64,000 nt of DNA from contig JAHPZA010000009.1 of NCBI GenBank assembly GCA_019058445.1, positions 256,001 through 320,000 on the forward strand, in the 5' to 3' direction. This document shows, piece after piece, positions 52,834 through 63,636 of this stretch (positions are counted from its first letter, which is position 1; every line of letters starts with the position of its first letter). Below the pieces are notes generated by a model. The model had not been told where the DNA came from, did not search any database, and saw only the letters and a program-made list of their open reading frames with translations. The translations under genes and the position numbers were made by a program. This DNA comes from Promethearchaeota archaeon. GTDB taxonomy: Archaea; Asgardarchaeota; Lokiarchaeia; Sigyniarchaeales; SOKP01.

Positions 52834-53792
52834 CTGATAGCGACTATCCAGAAGAAATTTTACAAAGTCTTGAAGATTATAATATTGATATAAGAGATTT
52901 CTTACCCGGACACGGAGGAGGTGCTAAATTACTTTTAGATTTCAATAAGATTAAGGGAGTTGAACAAATAGAGGGAATTATCTTAAAGGGGAGAGAAATC
53001 CCAAATGGTATAGTGGCAGATGTCGTGATTAAAGAAGGTACTAAATTAGAGGAACCCGTCCATTTATGTTTTGGGGTGAGTAAAGAGACCGGTATCCAAG
53101 AAATATTCCCCAGAATAATCGCAGAAGACAATACTGAAGTAAAAGTTCAAGCACATTGCAGTTTTCCTAAAGCTAATGGATTGATTCATAAAATGTTCGG
53201 ACATTTTTACATTGGTAAGAATTGTAATTTTAATTACAGTGAAACCCATTATCATGGGGAAAATAGTGGAGCTTTGGTCGCGCCTGTTGGTTACATGTAT
53301 GTTGGGGAAAATAGCGTCTTTGAAAATAATTTTAATCTCACTAAAGGTACCCCAGGAAAAGTTAAAATTATGTTAGATATTTATGCAATGGAAAATAGTG
53401 TGATAAGATCAAATATTCGAGCATTTGGGAAAAATATAAAAGATTCCGTTAGAATTAGAGATGCAATTTATCTGGAAGGGAAAAACGCAAGAAGTGTTTT
53501 AAAAATGAAGGCTGCTGCCAGAGATGGCGGGGAAGTCTTGATGTATGGAATCACTGAAGGTAACGCCCCGAATTGTAATGGACACGTGGAATGCAGTGAA
53601 ATCGTACTTGGTAAAGGTTCTATATGTCGAGCTCGCCCATTTATCCGAGCTACAGACCCCATGTCGAGCGTATCTCACGAAGCTTCTTTAGGTCGATTTC
53701 CGCAAAAATGGCTTGACGAAATAATGGCAAAAGGACTAAACGAAGAAGAAGCTACTGAAATACTAATAGAGGCGATGTTAAGGGAAGAATAA
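52830..53792 (+). CDS. SufB/SufD-family Fe-S scaffold
   Basis: PVHLCFG, AHCSFP, GHVECSEI, VSHEASLG; ATGA-coupled to sufC. Confidence 0.85.
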   Translation: MTDSDYPEEILQSLEDYNIDIRDFLPGHGGGAKLLLDFNKIKGVEQIEGIILKGREIPNGIVADVVIKEGTKLEEPVHLCFGVSKETGIQEIFPRIIAEDNTEVKVQAHCSFPKANGLIHKMFGHFYIGKNCNFNYSETHYHGENSGALVAPVGYMYVGENSVFENNFNLTKGTPGKVKIMLDIYAMENSVIRSNIRAFGKNIKDSVRIRDAIYLEGKNARSVLKMKAAARDGGEVLMYGITEGNAPNCNGHVECSEIVLGKGSICRARPFIRATDPMSSVSHEASLGRFPQKWLDEIMAKGLNEEEATEILIEAMLREE

Positions 53793-53864
53793 TTTAATAT
53801 TATAATAGAATATAAATAAAATCAAGTTTTTAATAATTTAAATTTTTAAAAGAAGTGATAAAAT

Positions 53865-54383
53865 ATGGCAGAAAATGAAATTAATGTAGGAGATCAAGCG
53901 CCTCTCTTCAAGATTGATTCTTATAATGCGGGCACTATTGATTTGGCTGAACTTATTGGAAAAGAAAAAATAGTATTAATTTTTTCCAGATATTTTGGTT
54001 GTCCTATTTGTCAATTAGATTTAAAAACCTTATTAGAACGTTCTAAAGAGATAGAGAATAAAGGAGCAAAAATCTTATACATTACTCAAAGTGGAGAAAA
54101 AGTTGCAAAAGAATTTATTGAGAGTAAAGGCATCCCGTTTCCGGTTATTCCCAGTAGTAAAGATGAGTTGTATAAAGACTATGGATTGGGGCCTATGATA
54201 AAAGAAGCTGCGAAACAGGTCAAAGCTAAAGTAAAAGAAGCGTTTGCTTTAGGATTTGAGCATGGAGAGTATGAAGGTTGGGAGCCACAGTGTCCTGGTC
54301 AATTTGTAATCGATACGGATGGTAAGATAGTTCATGCAAAACCGGGTTGGTTGGAAGTCGATGCTATCCTTGAGGTATTATAA
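53865..54383 (+). CDS. AhpC/TSA thioredoxin-fold peroxiredoxin-like protein
   Basis: VGDQAP, FSRYFGCPIC, PGQFVIDTDG. Confidence 0.8.
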   Translation: MAENEINVGDQAPLFKIDSYNAGTIDLAELIGKEKIVLIFSRYFGCPICQLDLKTLLERSKEIENKGAKILYITQSGEKVAKEFIESKGIPFPVIPSSKDELYKDYGLGPMIKEAAKQVKAKVKEAFALGFEHGEYEGWEPQCPGQFVIDTDGKIVHAKPGWLEVDAILEVL

Positions 54384-54435
54384 CCTCTTATAAATCGAGA
54401 ATATTATTTTTAAATTTTTAGAAAGGACTTAAAAT

Positions 54436-55080
54436 ATGAAGGAAAATACTAAATATAGCGATTATCGTTTTGTAGGAAAAATAAATGTTGATGAAAATCA
54501 ACCCTGGTTTGATTTTGCTTCAAATAAGCCCTGGGACGAGGGTGAGATACCATGGGTTGTCGAGAATAAAGTAAGGAGAGAAATATTAATAAAACTCGCA
54601 GAAGGTCCCATGACTTTTGAAGAAATCTATAATAGTATTAATTTTGCTCCCAAACCATTGCTGATCTCAAAAGAAGAATATGAATGTAAACTTGCATTTC
54701 AGTGGACTAAAGACACTATAGAAAATCATTTAATGAATCTTGTATGGTATAACCTAATAAAGAAGATCAATGGGAAATACGAATTAGCATTTCCCATTTT
54801 AAAAATAGATCAAGAAAATGAACTTGAATCCTATATTACGAAATATGCTGAAAACTGGCTAAAAGTAATAAAAGAAATAAAAGAGGACTTAAACTCTAAG
54901 AAAGGGATTTTGAGTAATAAATCAACCTTACAAGCAATTATAATTGAAAAAACAGTTGAAAAATTATATATTTTATTAAAAAGAGAAAAAATCGTCCCAG
55001 ACGAGCCAAATATAAAAATCTTGTGGGCAGAACAGCTCAGAAAAATAAAATTTGAAGATTGGGTGGAAAAAAACTTCTAA
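54436..55080 (+). CDS. Winged-helix (ArsR-like) domain protein
   Basis: RREILIKLAEGPMTFEEI...IENHLMNLVWYNLI. Confidence 0.55.
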   Translation: MKENTKYSDYRFVGKINVDENQPWFDFASNKPWDEGEIPWVVENKVRREILIKLAEGPMTFEEIYNSINFAPKPLLISKEEYECKLAFQWTKDTIENHLMNLVWYNLIKKINGKYELAFPILKIDQENELESYITKYAENWLKVIKEIKEDLNSKKGILSNKSTLQAIIIEKTVEKLYILLKREKIVPDEPNIKILWAEQLRKIKFEDWVEKNF

Positions 55081-55356
55081 TTTTTTTCCAAATTTTAAGC
55101 TCTAAATATAATTTAGCACTTTTTTTAATAGATTGTTATTAAATCCGAGTATTATAAATGATACTCTGATCCTTGAGTGAATTTTTTGTAGTTGGAATAA
55201 TCTATGAATTTAAAAATTCTCTTTTTTATATTATATACCTGAAATTTATAAAATAGAATCTTTTTTAGTAATCAAATTATTTGGTAAAATATATCGCTTT
55301 AAAAAGATTTAAATTTATACAAAATAAATTTATTTTTATTATTTGGAGTTATTTTA

Positions 55357-55932
55357 TTGATGATGATGAAAAAGAAATCTTTTAATGAACTTTTAAGTAT
55401 TGACGATGATGATAAAAAAATCATCGAGATGATTGAAAAAGATCCTGACATTACCCATAGCGACATAGCAAAAGAAATTGAGAAGTCACAACCAGCTGTA
55501 GGAGCTCGAATTATTAAGCTTGAACGTAAACACCTCCTAACGAAACAAGTAGGATTCAATATAAAGAAAGTTGATATTAAAGTCTCAATTGCCTATATCT
55601 CTACAAAAGATGTCGATAAAATAGTAGAAAAAATTGAAGATTGTCCTTTCATTAACCACGCGTTCAAGATAAGCGGAGAATATAATTTACTTTGTTTTAT
55701 AACTGCTTCGGATCTCCAAACTATTGAAAGGTTGATTGATTTATGCTTCCGTAGAGATAAGGATGTTATAAATGTAAAAACGAGTATCCTTATTGAGTCA
55801 ATACACGATTTTGTGGTACCTATTGATTTTCAAATAGAGAATTTTGATGGAAGATATTGTTCTCCGCAATGCTCTTTAGCAGATGAAGTGAAATATAAAT
55901 TCAAAGTAGAGGATCTGGAAAAAGAAGAGTAA
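55357..55932 (+). CDS. Lrp/AsnC transcriptional regulator
   Basis: IDDDDKKII..THSDIA..SQPAVGARI; CPF..FKISGEYNL. Confidence 0.9.
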   Translation: MMMMKKKSFNELLSIDDDDKKIIEMIEKDPDITHSDIAKEIEKSQPAVGARIIKLERKHLLTKQVGFNIKKVDIKVSIAYISTKDVDKIVEKIEDCPFINHAFKISGEYNLLCFITASDLQTIERLIDLCFRRDKDVINVKTSILIESIHDFVVPIDFQIENFDGRYCSPQCSLADEVKYKFKVEDLEKEE

Positions 55933-55956
55933 TTAAAAAATTTCATTTTTATTAAT

Positions 55957-56496
55957 TTAAATTAAACCCTGCTTCTTAGCGAGCTTATACTTACATTTTT
56001 CACCACATCCTACTTCATCATTAGGGTCGTGATCTTCCGAATCGAAATCAATTGGCAAAATAAGATCTTTAGCAATTTCGGTAACAACCTCCATAGAAGC
56101 CATACTCACGTCTGAATTATTCCGAAAATGATAATTCACAACTGTATCTAATTTTTCTAATTTACTGCTTGCCAAGAGAATACATATATTATGTGCTCCG
56201 CTTAACCGAAAGGCATTAAGCATGAATGGGCAACATTTTGCCATATCCATGATCTCCTCTGGATTCTTCGAATTAACTTCCACGGTAGCTAAGAAAAGCT
56301 CAACCTTTTTAAAATTGATTCCTGGCTGAAATTGTAATATTCCAGACTTTTCCAGTTTTTTAATTCGCATCCCTACAGTAGGCTGACTTCTATCGATTTT
56401 TTCAGCAATTTCAGTATGCGTAAGATTTGGGTCTTCTTGGACTAATGAAATTATTTTTCTATCCACATCATCCAGCTTTAGCTTTTCACTTATCAT
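55957..56496 (-). CDS. Lrp/AsnC transcriptional regulator
   Basis: LDDVDRKII..THTEIA..SQPTVGMRI; CPF..FRLSGAHNI. Confidence 0.9.
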   Translation of the reverse strand: MISEKLKLDDVDRKIISLVQEDPNLTHTEIAEKIDRSQPTVGMRIKKLEKSGILQFQPGINFKKVELFLATVEVNSKNPEEIMDMAKCCPFMLNAFRLSGAHNICILLASSKLEKLDTVVNYHFRNNSDVSMASMEVVTEIAKDLILPIDFDSEDHDPNDEVGCGEKCKYKLAKKQGLI

Positions 56497-56791
56497 GTGT
56501 CTCTCAAGTTAAATTTTAGTTTAGACTTAATTTAAATTTAGTTTTTAACATATATAATTTGTTAGTTTTTTAATGCTTCTAAATTTAATCCTTAAAGATG
56601 TAAATTAGTTATAAAATCGATAAAGTGTAAATATAAGAATCAAATAAGGGGACTGATAAAAAAGTCTATAATCAATAATATCCCTTCTAAATAGTGTAAT
56701 ATAGAAGATATTTAAAAACCTATGTAATTTGAAAGATTAAATTCTGTTAAAATTTTAGATAAAATTCATAAAAAAGTAAAAGTGGAATAAA

Positions 56792-57010
56792 TTAATCTTT
56801 CCAGCAATGATGATCCAATTTACATTCACATCTACTAAAATTAAAATCAAATGGTATAACAAAATCGGTCATAATGTCCGTTATTAGATCTATTGTAACT
56901 TTCAGTACATCAGGATTGCTTCTTAAATGAATATTGACAATCTTATCAATATCTTCGACATTAAATCCTGCCATCATAATACTCATATCGGTATTTCCGC
57001 TCAATCTAAA
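56792..57010 (-). pseudogene. 3' remnant of an Lrp/AsnC gene, a diverged copy of the 63637 gene
   Basis: FRLSGN..SIMMAGF..IVNIHLRS..FDFNFS.CECKLD.HCWK matches the 63637 gene; similarity stops abruptly near 57010 and there is no HTH. Confidence 0.8.
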
Positions 57011-57263
57011 TGCTACTATCGGATTAAATACCAAAATATTTTTGAAATTCCTAAATTTATCAAATCGTTGAAAGTAAAAAAAATGGAATAAATTTGTAAT
57101 GAGACTTATAGATTTCTAATACTTATTTTAGAGGAATTAGCACATTTTTGAATAATTTGGAATATTAATATTAAGTGAATAACTCGTTCACTAAGAAAGA
57201 AATCCCTAAGAAATCAAAGTAAAAATTAAATTAAAAAAAAAGAAGTTAAAATAGAAGTAGGGC

Positions 57264-57421
57264 TTAAATGTAGCCATTCTTTCGAAGGATATTCACCCAT
57301 CCGCACGTACAGGCTTCACAGTCGGGTTCCCATTCCTATAACAGTTCGAGCAGGTTATGACGGAATCAAAACTCGCTTGCTCTAACAAATTCATCAATAG
57401 TTCCTCCTTCTCTTCACTCAT
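57264..57421 (-). pseudogene. Small zinc-ribbon protein, frameshifted
   Basis: MSEEKEELL..CSNCYR, then in a shifted frame EPDCEACTCGWVNILRKNGYI*. Confidence 0.5.
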
Positions 57422-57424
57422 AGT

Positions 57425-57928
57425 TTAGTGCTCACCTGTAGATCTGTTTTTGAGAATAATATAGAATTGCATGAGCTCGTTAAATGTGAGACATTTGATA
57501 TTACAGCCTGTCTTACATAGCTCGTACACATAGTTCGCTTCTAAGAAGTTAATTACATAGGTGTACCATTGTTCTAAGGGGATGTGTTCTGGAAGTGCTT
57601 TCCTTACGAGTGGCAAAAAGGCGTTCATAGTGAGGTTTTTGCTATATAATTGTTCAAATTCTTTTCGGTGGTATTTCATTTCGGGGGGCGGGGTGTGTAG
57701 CGAATACATTTAGCGAAATCGCTCTCCGTATCGGTCATTAAACTTTTCAAAATCCATATCATCTTCTAACATATCTTTTAAGATGTCATAGGCATCCAGA
57801 ATCGGGGAATTAGGAGAAATAAATTCAAAATCCTTGTAGATAAATTCTAATTTTTTTCATCCTAATGTAAAAGTGGCAGGATCGAATTCTTCAGAAAAGA
57901 ACTCCTGGATGAAAAATATAATGTTCAT
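57425..57928 (-). pseudogene. Hypothetical gene with two in-frame stops
   Basis: One frame from ATG 57928: ...TFTLG*(TGA)KKLEF...GERFR*(TAA)MYSLH..., continuing into the tracked 94-aa ORF. Confidence 0.55.
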
Positions 57929-57972
57929 AGTGCTACTATATATTTTACGCACGGAACGGAATAATTCATTAA

Positions 57973-60900
57973 TGGAAATTCATTACTGAAGGTATTATCA
58001 CCGCCCACAATATTTTAAGTTCTACCGAAGAAATTGAAATTAATGGCGGATATAACAAATTTACAGGAATAGTGAATGAAGGAATTGCCTCTGAAATCAT
58101 AAAAGTGACTCCCCGGGAGGGAGTATACTATGATAACACGTTAGGGTTCCAACCTGAGACGATTGATGGTTCTTATTACTATATGGACGGTGATTTTGAC
58201 GGGAAGATGGAAACAATATTGGTAGCAGATGTGGAAGGCAACATAATCGCTGTCGGGTTTGATTACGATTATAATTCATATTTCGTACCCCATAAACGAG
58301 ATCTAGTTCACATTCACGTGCGTGAATCACAATTTTCTGAAGATGAGGGATACTTTAACTCAAGCATAAATTACTGGACTGTTATGACGAGGACGATGAT
58401 TATATCTCTCTTGAAAAGACATTCTCGGACAGCTTGTTTGACTTATGGAAAATTCAATTCTCTGGGGGTTCGAGTGTACTATTAGATGAAGTATCCCAGC
58501 TTACTTTTGATAAATTTGCGGAATCTCTCACTCCAGAAAAAGTACGAGCAGATTTTGCGTGGCAATTAATTTCCACGGGTGTTGCGCTTGGCGTAGGAGC
58601 ATTAGCGGGGAAGTTAGGATTTGCGCTGACGTATGCGGGTATGAATATTTGGAAAGGGGTAGTAGACCAAATGGAGCAGGACAATCTGATCGCTTCGAAG
58701 ACATATCACGACGAGAATTACCGCGGTAAGAAATCATTATCGGAGACGCCTTGGTATGATGATTTCTTTGGAGATTCCATTACCACCGCGTTTATTGGTA
58801 ATCCATTCGGCGTATATGCGCCCGTAGTATTTGAGACCGAGAAGTATAAATATGAGGGTCAAGTGGTATTAGCACCTATGGGCGGGTCTAAGACAAAAAG
58901 TATTGAGGAGTCATTTTTATCCAGCGGACTTCAGGCAAAATACGTATACACTCCATTAGATTTTTCCCTTCAAACCCGGAATTATCTAGGATATTCTGAT
59001 CTTACTGATGTACGATGTCAAGGATTAATTGATGATGATTTAATGGTTGATTATTGGGTTGAATCTGCGCTAAGCATAGACTTCGGCATGTCAGGCAGCC
59101 CATATGAAATAGCCTACGAGGGGCTTACCCATTACCAAGAAAATCTGGACGTATTCTCCCGCCTCTGGAACGCCCCGCATTCCATTACATACCTTGAAAA
59201 TAACGCTGCCCTATCTACCAAGCAAAACCAAGATGATGATCTGAATAAAATTATCCCCTATATGGATGATTACTATCCAACCCTTTTATTAAGTGATGTG
59301 AACAACATTAAAACTCTTCCCGAATTCTACGAGGATTATCCTATCATTGTCTCAGAAGAGGTCTATGACGATATTTGCGATGAGTTGTTTGATAGGGAGT
59401 TAGATAGCTTCTATAAAGTATGGGAAAAAGGAGAAGGTCAAGATCTACGCATCATCCCCGGAGGTTCCACGCATACATTAAAAGCCGATATTGATCACAT
59501 TAACGTATATGTCTGTACTTACAAAACAGGGGGCGATAAAGCGAGCTTTGGTTACGATAAATTTGACACCTTGGAAAGCGATGATTATGCATTTGATGAG
59601 AATTCAGGGCAGATTATCTTTGATTCATCTATCATAGAGAAGTTTAAAGGTAAAATTGACGAGAAAGAAGATGTCAATTCAAACTATCAATATTGTATTG
59701 TTTTAGAGATTTTTGTAGAAAAGTTCCGCTCTATCAATGACACCAAAGACCTTACTACTGAGGAGATGAAACAGATTGCGTCCATGCAAGCCATTCAGGT
59801 AGCAGTATTGGAGTATTATTATCAATTCCAATTAGCTGTACAAAGCCAATCCAAGATCAATGAGATCGCCTATACTGTTGCTCTCACAGCAGCCACTACC
59901 GCGATTTTATGCCCCCAACAGATTCTATCTGAGACGTTAGAAGAATTATTCTTAGACCCGCTTATTGAAGCCTCTGTATCTGGTATTACCAGAGAGATTG
60001 GTAAAGCTATGGGTATAGAGGATACCACATACGCCGAAATCGTGTTTTCCACCATGGCAGAAACCGGGCGTGAAACTGCTATGGGGTTAGGGACCACGTT
60101 TAATGAGCAATCCCAATGGCGCCAAAACCGATACATTCACAAAATATTTAAAAAGATCACTGCCTACCAGCAGCAACAGGCAGCTGCCCATCAAAATAAT
60201 ATTATAGAGGAAGTGAAACAATCATCCGAACAAGATACTTCTGATACAGCGCAGACGTCTTTAATTATATTTGGCAGAGCAATCCAACAAGCTGCCATCT
60301 ATGCCAAGCTAAGGAATATGGATGTGAAACAGCGCAAACAGATTGCAAAACTTCCCGCAAAACAGATTCTCGCCATTTTAACTGGAAAAGAAGCGGTAGA
60401 TTTCGATTTAGATTCTAAGCTACCTGCTCCCAATCCGTTCTATATGGGTGACGATGATGATGAGGGAACAATCGTGTATAATGAAAGGCTAAATGCGCTT
60501 ATTCGACTCAATATGTTGAGCGGTAATCGGTTAAATTCTATCTCCGATGAGAAAAAGCAGAGACAATTGCCAAAAGGATTATGGGAAAAAACTGTTAGAA
60601 TGGTTCAAGCACAAAGTCTTAATATTCTTCAAGATAGTAAGGGTATTTGGACTTTGGATCCATATATGATTGCCAGAGATATCCTACAAGAGCAAGGATA
60701 TGATATAAGTAATACTCTTTTTGCTGGAAATATGGCACCAAGATTTATCGCTTCAGCAGATTCTATTGAGAAATATATAACATTAATTAGTTTATACATT
60801 AATGACTTCCAACATTGTTTAAGAAGTAACAATTTGATTGAAGCTCTTGACATATTAGATGTAAAATCAGACGTCTCAAGAAAGATTATTCAAGATATTT

Positions 60901-62492
60901 TGGATAGTGGTAATAAAGTAAAAATTCAATTAGCTAAGCATATCCTTAACAAGATCTTAGACCTTAAAATTACAAAGAAGTTACCAGCTGATGCTATTAT
61001 AGGAAATACCGAATCATTAAAAATTTGGCAAAAAGGATTTTACAAAAAATTAAAATCAGGCAGTTTTCGAGGGGTTGTGTATAAAGTTTACTTCAACCTT
61101 CCAGGAACGGTTTATGATTATAAAAATAGCCATTATATTGGTAATCAATATATTGGTGCAACTGGTAGAATGAATCCTAAAATCCGTTTTTATGAAGAAA
61201 TTTGGCAAGCATTAGAAGCTACTCAAGATACAAGGCAAAAGAAAATTACTCAATGGTTATTGCATCCCACTCCACAAAATTTGCCGATTTTGACGACTAA
61301 AAATAAATATTTTAAAGCAATAATTTTTGCAATGCGTTTTTCAGGGATAACAGTCAAGGAAATCCTTGATTATAAGAAGCAGATAGATGCTCATCCATCA
61401 AAAAAGTGGGATATAGCAATGAAAATAGCTGATAGGTTAGAAACGAGTAATATTGTTAAGTTCACACCTATAGAAGTAACTGAGTCTCTCGACTATGCAT
61501 TTAAGAGAGAAAGACAATTAGTTTTAGCTTATCAGAAAAGAAAAGGATCAATAGATACTCTATTAAACTCAATAGTTCCTGCTGGCGTATTTGCAGCATC
61601 AATAGATCTTCCTTGGTTTGATATTGCAATAATGATTGCAATGGGGTACCCTATAAAACAAATAGCAGAACATTTATCAAACGAATATCCAGAATACCAT
61701 GGAATCCATAGGAATACTATTACCCGTGGAATAGAAGAATTATTTGGTGATTTTTATCAAGCTCAAGAGGAATTGTTGGGAGGGTCAATTGAATACCTTT
61801 TAGATTTTAGTGAAGAACTATTAGGGCGCGAATCTGGTGCTGTACGGCGCTATTTGCAGATACAACATGATATTAGAATCCATAGAACTGTGTATTATAA
61901 AGCTAAGAAAGACATAACTTGGTTTTATCAGTACTTGTGGGGTTCAGTAGGTCTGAAATTTGATCAAGACAAAGTAAAGTCTCTTATTGATCGTCTCCCT
62001 CCCGCTAAGATAGATCCTCATACTGTAAACAGAATTGTCAACGCATACTCCCTTAGATTATACGGTCAACCAAGAATAACGTGGTATAAGTGGGCAATTG
62101 AAAATAAAGATGATGTTTCGATTGCTAATGAACTCAATATTAATAGAAAGACTGTTAGCAAGATATGGGACACTTTGTTAGAAGATATATTACAAGATAC
62201 ACAGATACCAAATTTGATTCTAGCCACGAATAGCAAAGAAGCAATAAAATCATACCTTAGATCTCAAATAGCGATCGCTTTATTACAAAGGGGCGTCTCA
62301 ATGGATTATATTTGGACTTATGTTTTTGGAGAATCTGTTACTCCCTATCAAGCTCAAAAAAGAGATGAATTTTTTCAAAAATTAGCGTTGGGGTCCTATT
62401 TACACTCTGAGGATGTTTTACTTGGATTTTATGATACATTCTGGCTTGAATTTCATGAGATTCTTTATAATGCCCCCTCAGGCATAATTTAA
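57973..62492 (+). pseudogene. 5'-truncated, frameshifted giant-protein gene ending in a GIY-YIG nuclease and HTH modules (intact ORF 58434..62492)
   Basis: Frame open from 57973 with no start, DGDFDG motif, shift near 58360 into the long ORF. C-terminus has RGVVY..QYIGATG..R..AFKRE..LLN and HTH-like IKQIAEHL..HRNTI and SIANELNINRKTV. Confidence 0.65.
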
Positions 62493-62529
62493 AAAGTATA
62501 GTTTTTTATTAAAATATAGGAAAAGGATT

Positions 62530-63504
62530 TTGTTTTCTTGTAAAACAAAAAAGTCTTGTTACATGATAATGAAAAAAAGAACATGGTTTTTCACCACAAG
62601 AAGTCTAGAAGACGAGGGAGAGGGAAAATTTGAAGAAATTTTTGTCAATATATGTGGTCTCGATTTTTGGAAATATCGACAAGAACCTAGTCTGCTTTCG
62701 AAATTCATATTAGAAAGCCACTTAGATGAAATAATCAATTATATTGAGTATCATAAACACCAACAATTAAAAAGATACCAAACCTCTAACGATAAGTTAA
62801 AAATTAGGGAAGGAATAGATTTATTATATGCTCTTGCGTACCAAATTCTTGCAATATTAATTCTTGAGACTGGCTCCATTTTACCTGATAAGGTAAAAAA
62901 CGAGGTTTTAAGAGCAACAATATGGGATTTTGATAAACGATGGGGCTTCTCTTCAGCGTATATAGAACCGAGAAAAAATTATCTAAAATATCTGCGGAAT
63001 GCTATATTAAACTACAATTCTGGTAAGAAGGTTTTATTTGTGGATAGTCCTGAGTTGAAAATTCTTAATAAAGGTAAAGAAGCTACGATAATTGAAGGTT
63101 TAGAAGGATTGTTTGATAACATAGTAAGAGCGCAAGAAGTCACCCGGCTCGATTTAAGCAATTGCAATTTGAAATCTATCCCTGAAGAAGTATTCTTTTT
63201 TACTAATCTTAGAGAATTATATTTAAGTGGAAATAAATTAAGGGAGATTCCTAGTGATATTAAGGTCTTGCAAAATCTTGAAGTTTTAGATTTGTCTCAT
63301 AACGATTTTGAATCCTTCCCAGAGGTAGTTGTGGAGCTATCGTCTCTTGAAGTATTAGATTTAATTAAGAATAGAATTAGTGAAATACCAGAATCTATTT
63401 TATGCCTCGATAATTTATATTATTTACACTTAGGAGGCAATCCAGTTGATTTTGTTAAGTTACATTCGCTACTTCCGGATATCTATATTGGCTATCCATA
63501 TTAG
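62530..63504 (+). CDS. Unknown helical domain fused to leucine-rich repeats (possible immunity protein)
   Basis: C-terminal LxxLDLSxNxxxxIP repeats; starts 37 nt after the nuclease-tipped ORF; true start is probably an internal ATG. Confidence 0.7.
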   Translation: MFSCKTKKSCYMIMKKRTWFFTTRSLEDEGEGKFEEIFVNICGLDFWKYRQEPSLLSKFILESHLDEIINYIEYHKHQQLKRYQTSNDKLKIREGIDLLYALAYQILAILILETGSILPDKVKNEVLRATIWDFDKRWGFSSAYIEPRKNYLKYLRNAILNYNSGKKVLFVDSPELKILNKGKEATIIEGLEGLFDNIVRAQEVTRLDLSNCNLKSIPEEVFFFTNLRELYLSGNKLREIPSDIKVLQNLEVLDLSHNDFESFPEVVVELSSLEVLDLIKNRISEIPESILCLDNLYYLHLGGNPVDFVKLHSLLPDIYIGYPY

Positions 63505-63636
63505 CCCACACAGATTAATTAAATTATCTCTACATTTAGGATACTCCATATTTAAAGAACGAATAGTTGAATCAATTATAACTTGAAATATTTAATAAAA
63601 AGGATTTACCAGAAAATTTATACTTTGTTTTTCAGA

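Larger units (their letters stand above)
57011..63636. mobile_element. Decayed horizontally acquired island bounded by two Lrp copies
   Basis: Lies between a truncated and an intact Lrp paralog; visibly more GC-rich from about 57270 to 60480; several pseudogenes; no integrase seen. Confidence 0.5.

Noticed and set aside
53865-54383. Possible selenoprotein (peroxiredoxin-like)
   Set aside because: The CxxC is encoded by Cys codons with no in-frame TGA. The only in-frame TGA noticed (about 57858) is in a decayed gene that also has a TAA.
57264-57420. GC-richer patch as a tRNA or ncRNA attachment site
   Set aside because: No cloverleaf or T-loop consensus was found; it reads as a frameshifted zinc-ribbon coding remnant.
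58350-58365. Programmed -1 frameshift in the giant gene
   Set aside because: There is no convincing slippery heptamer at the required position, and the region is otherwise decayed; a 1-nt deletion is simpler.
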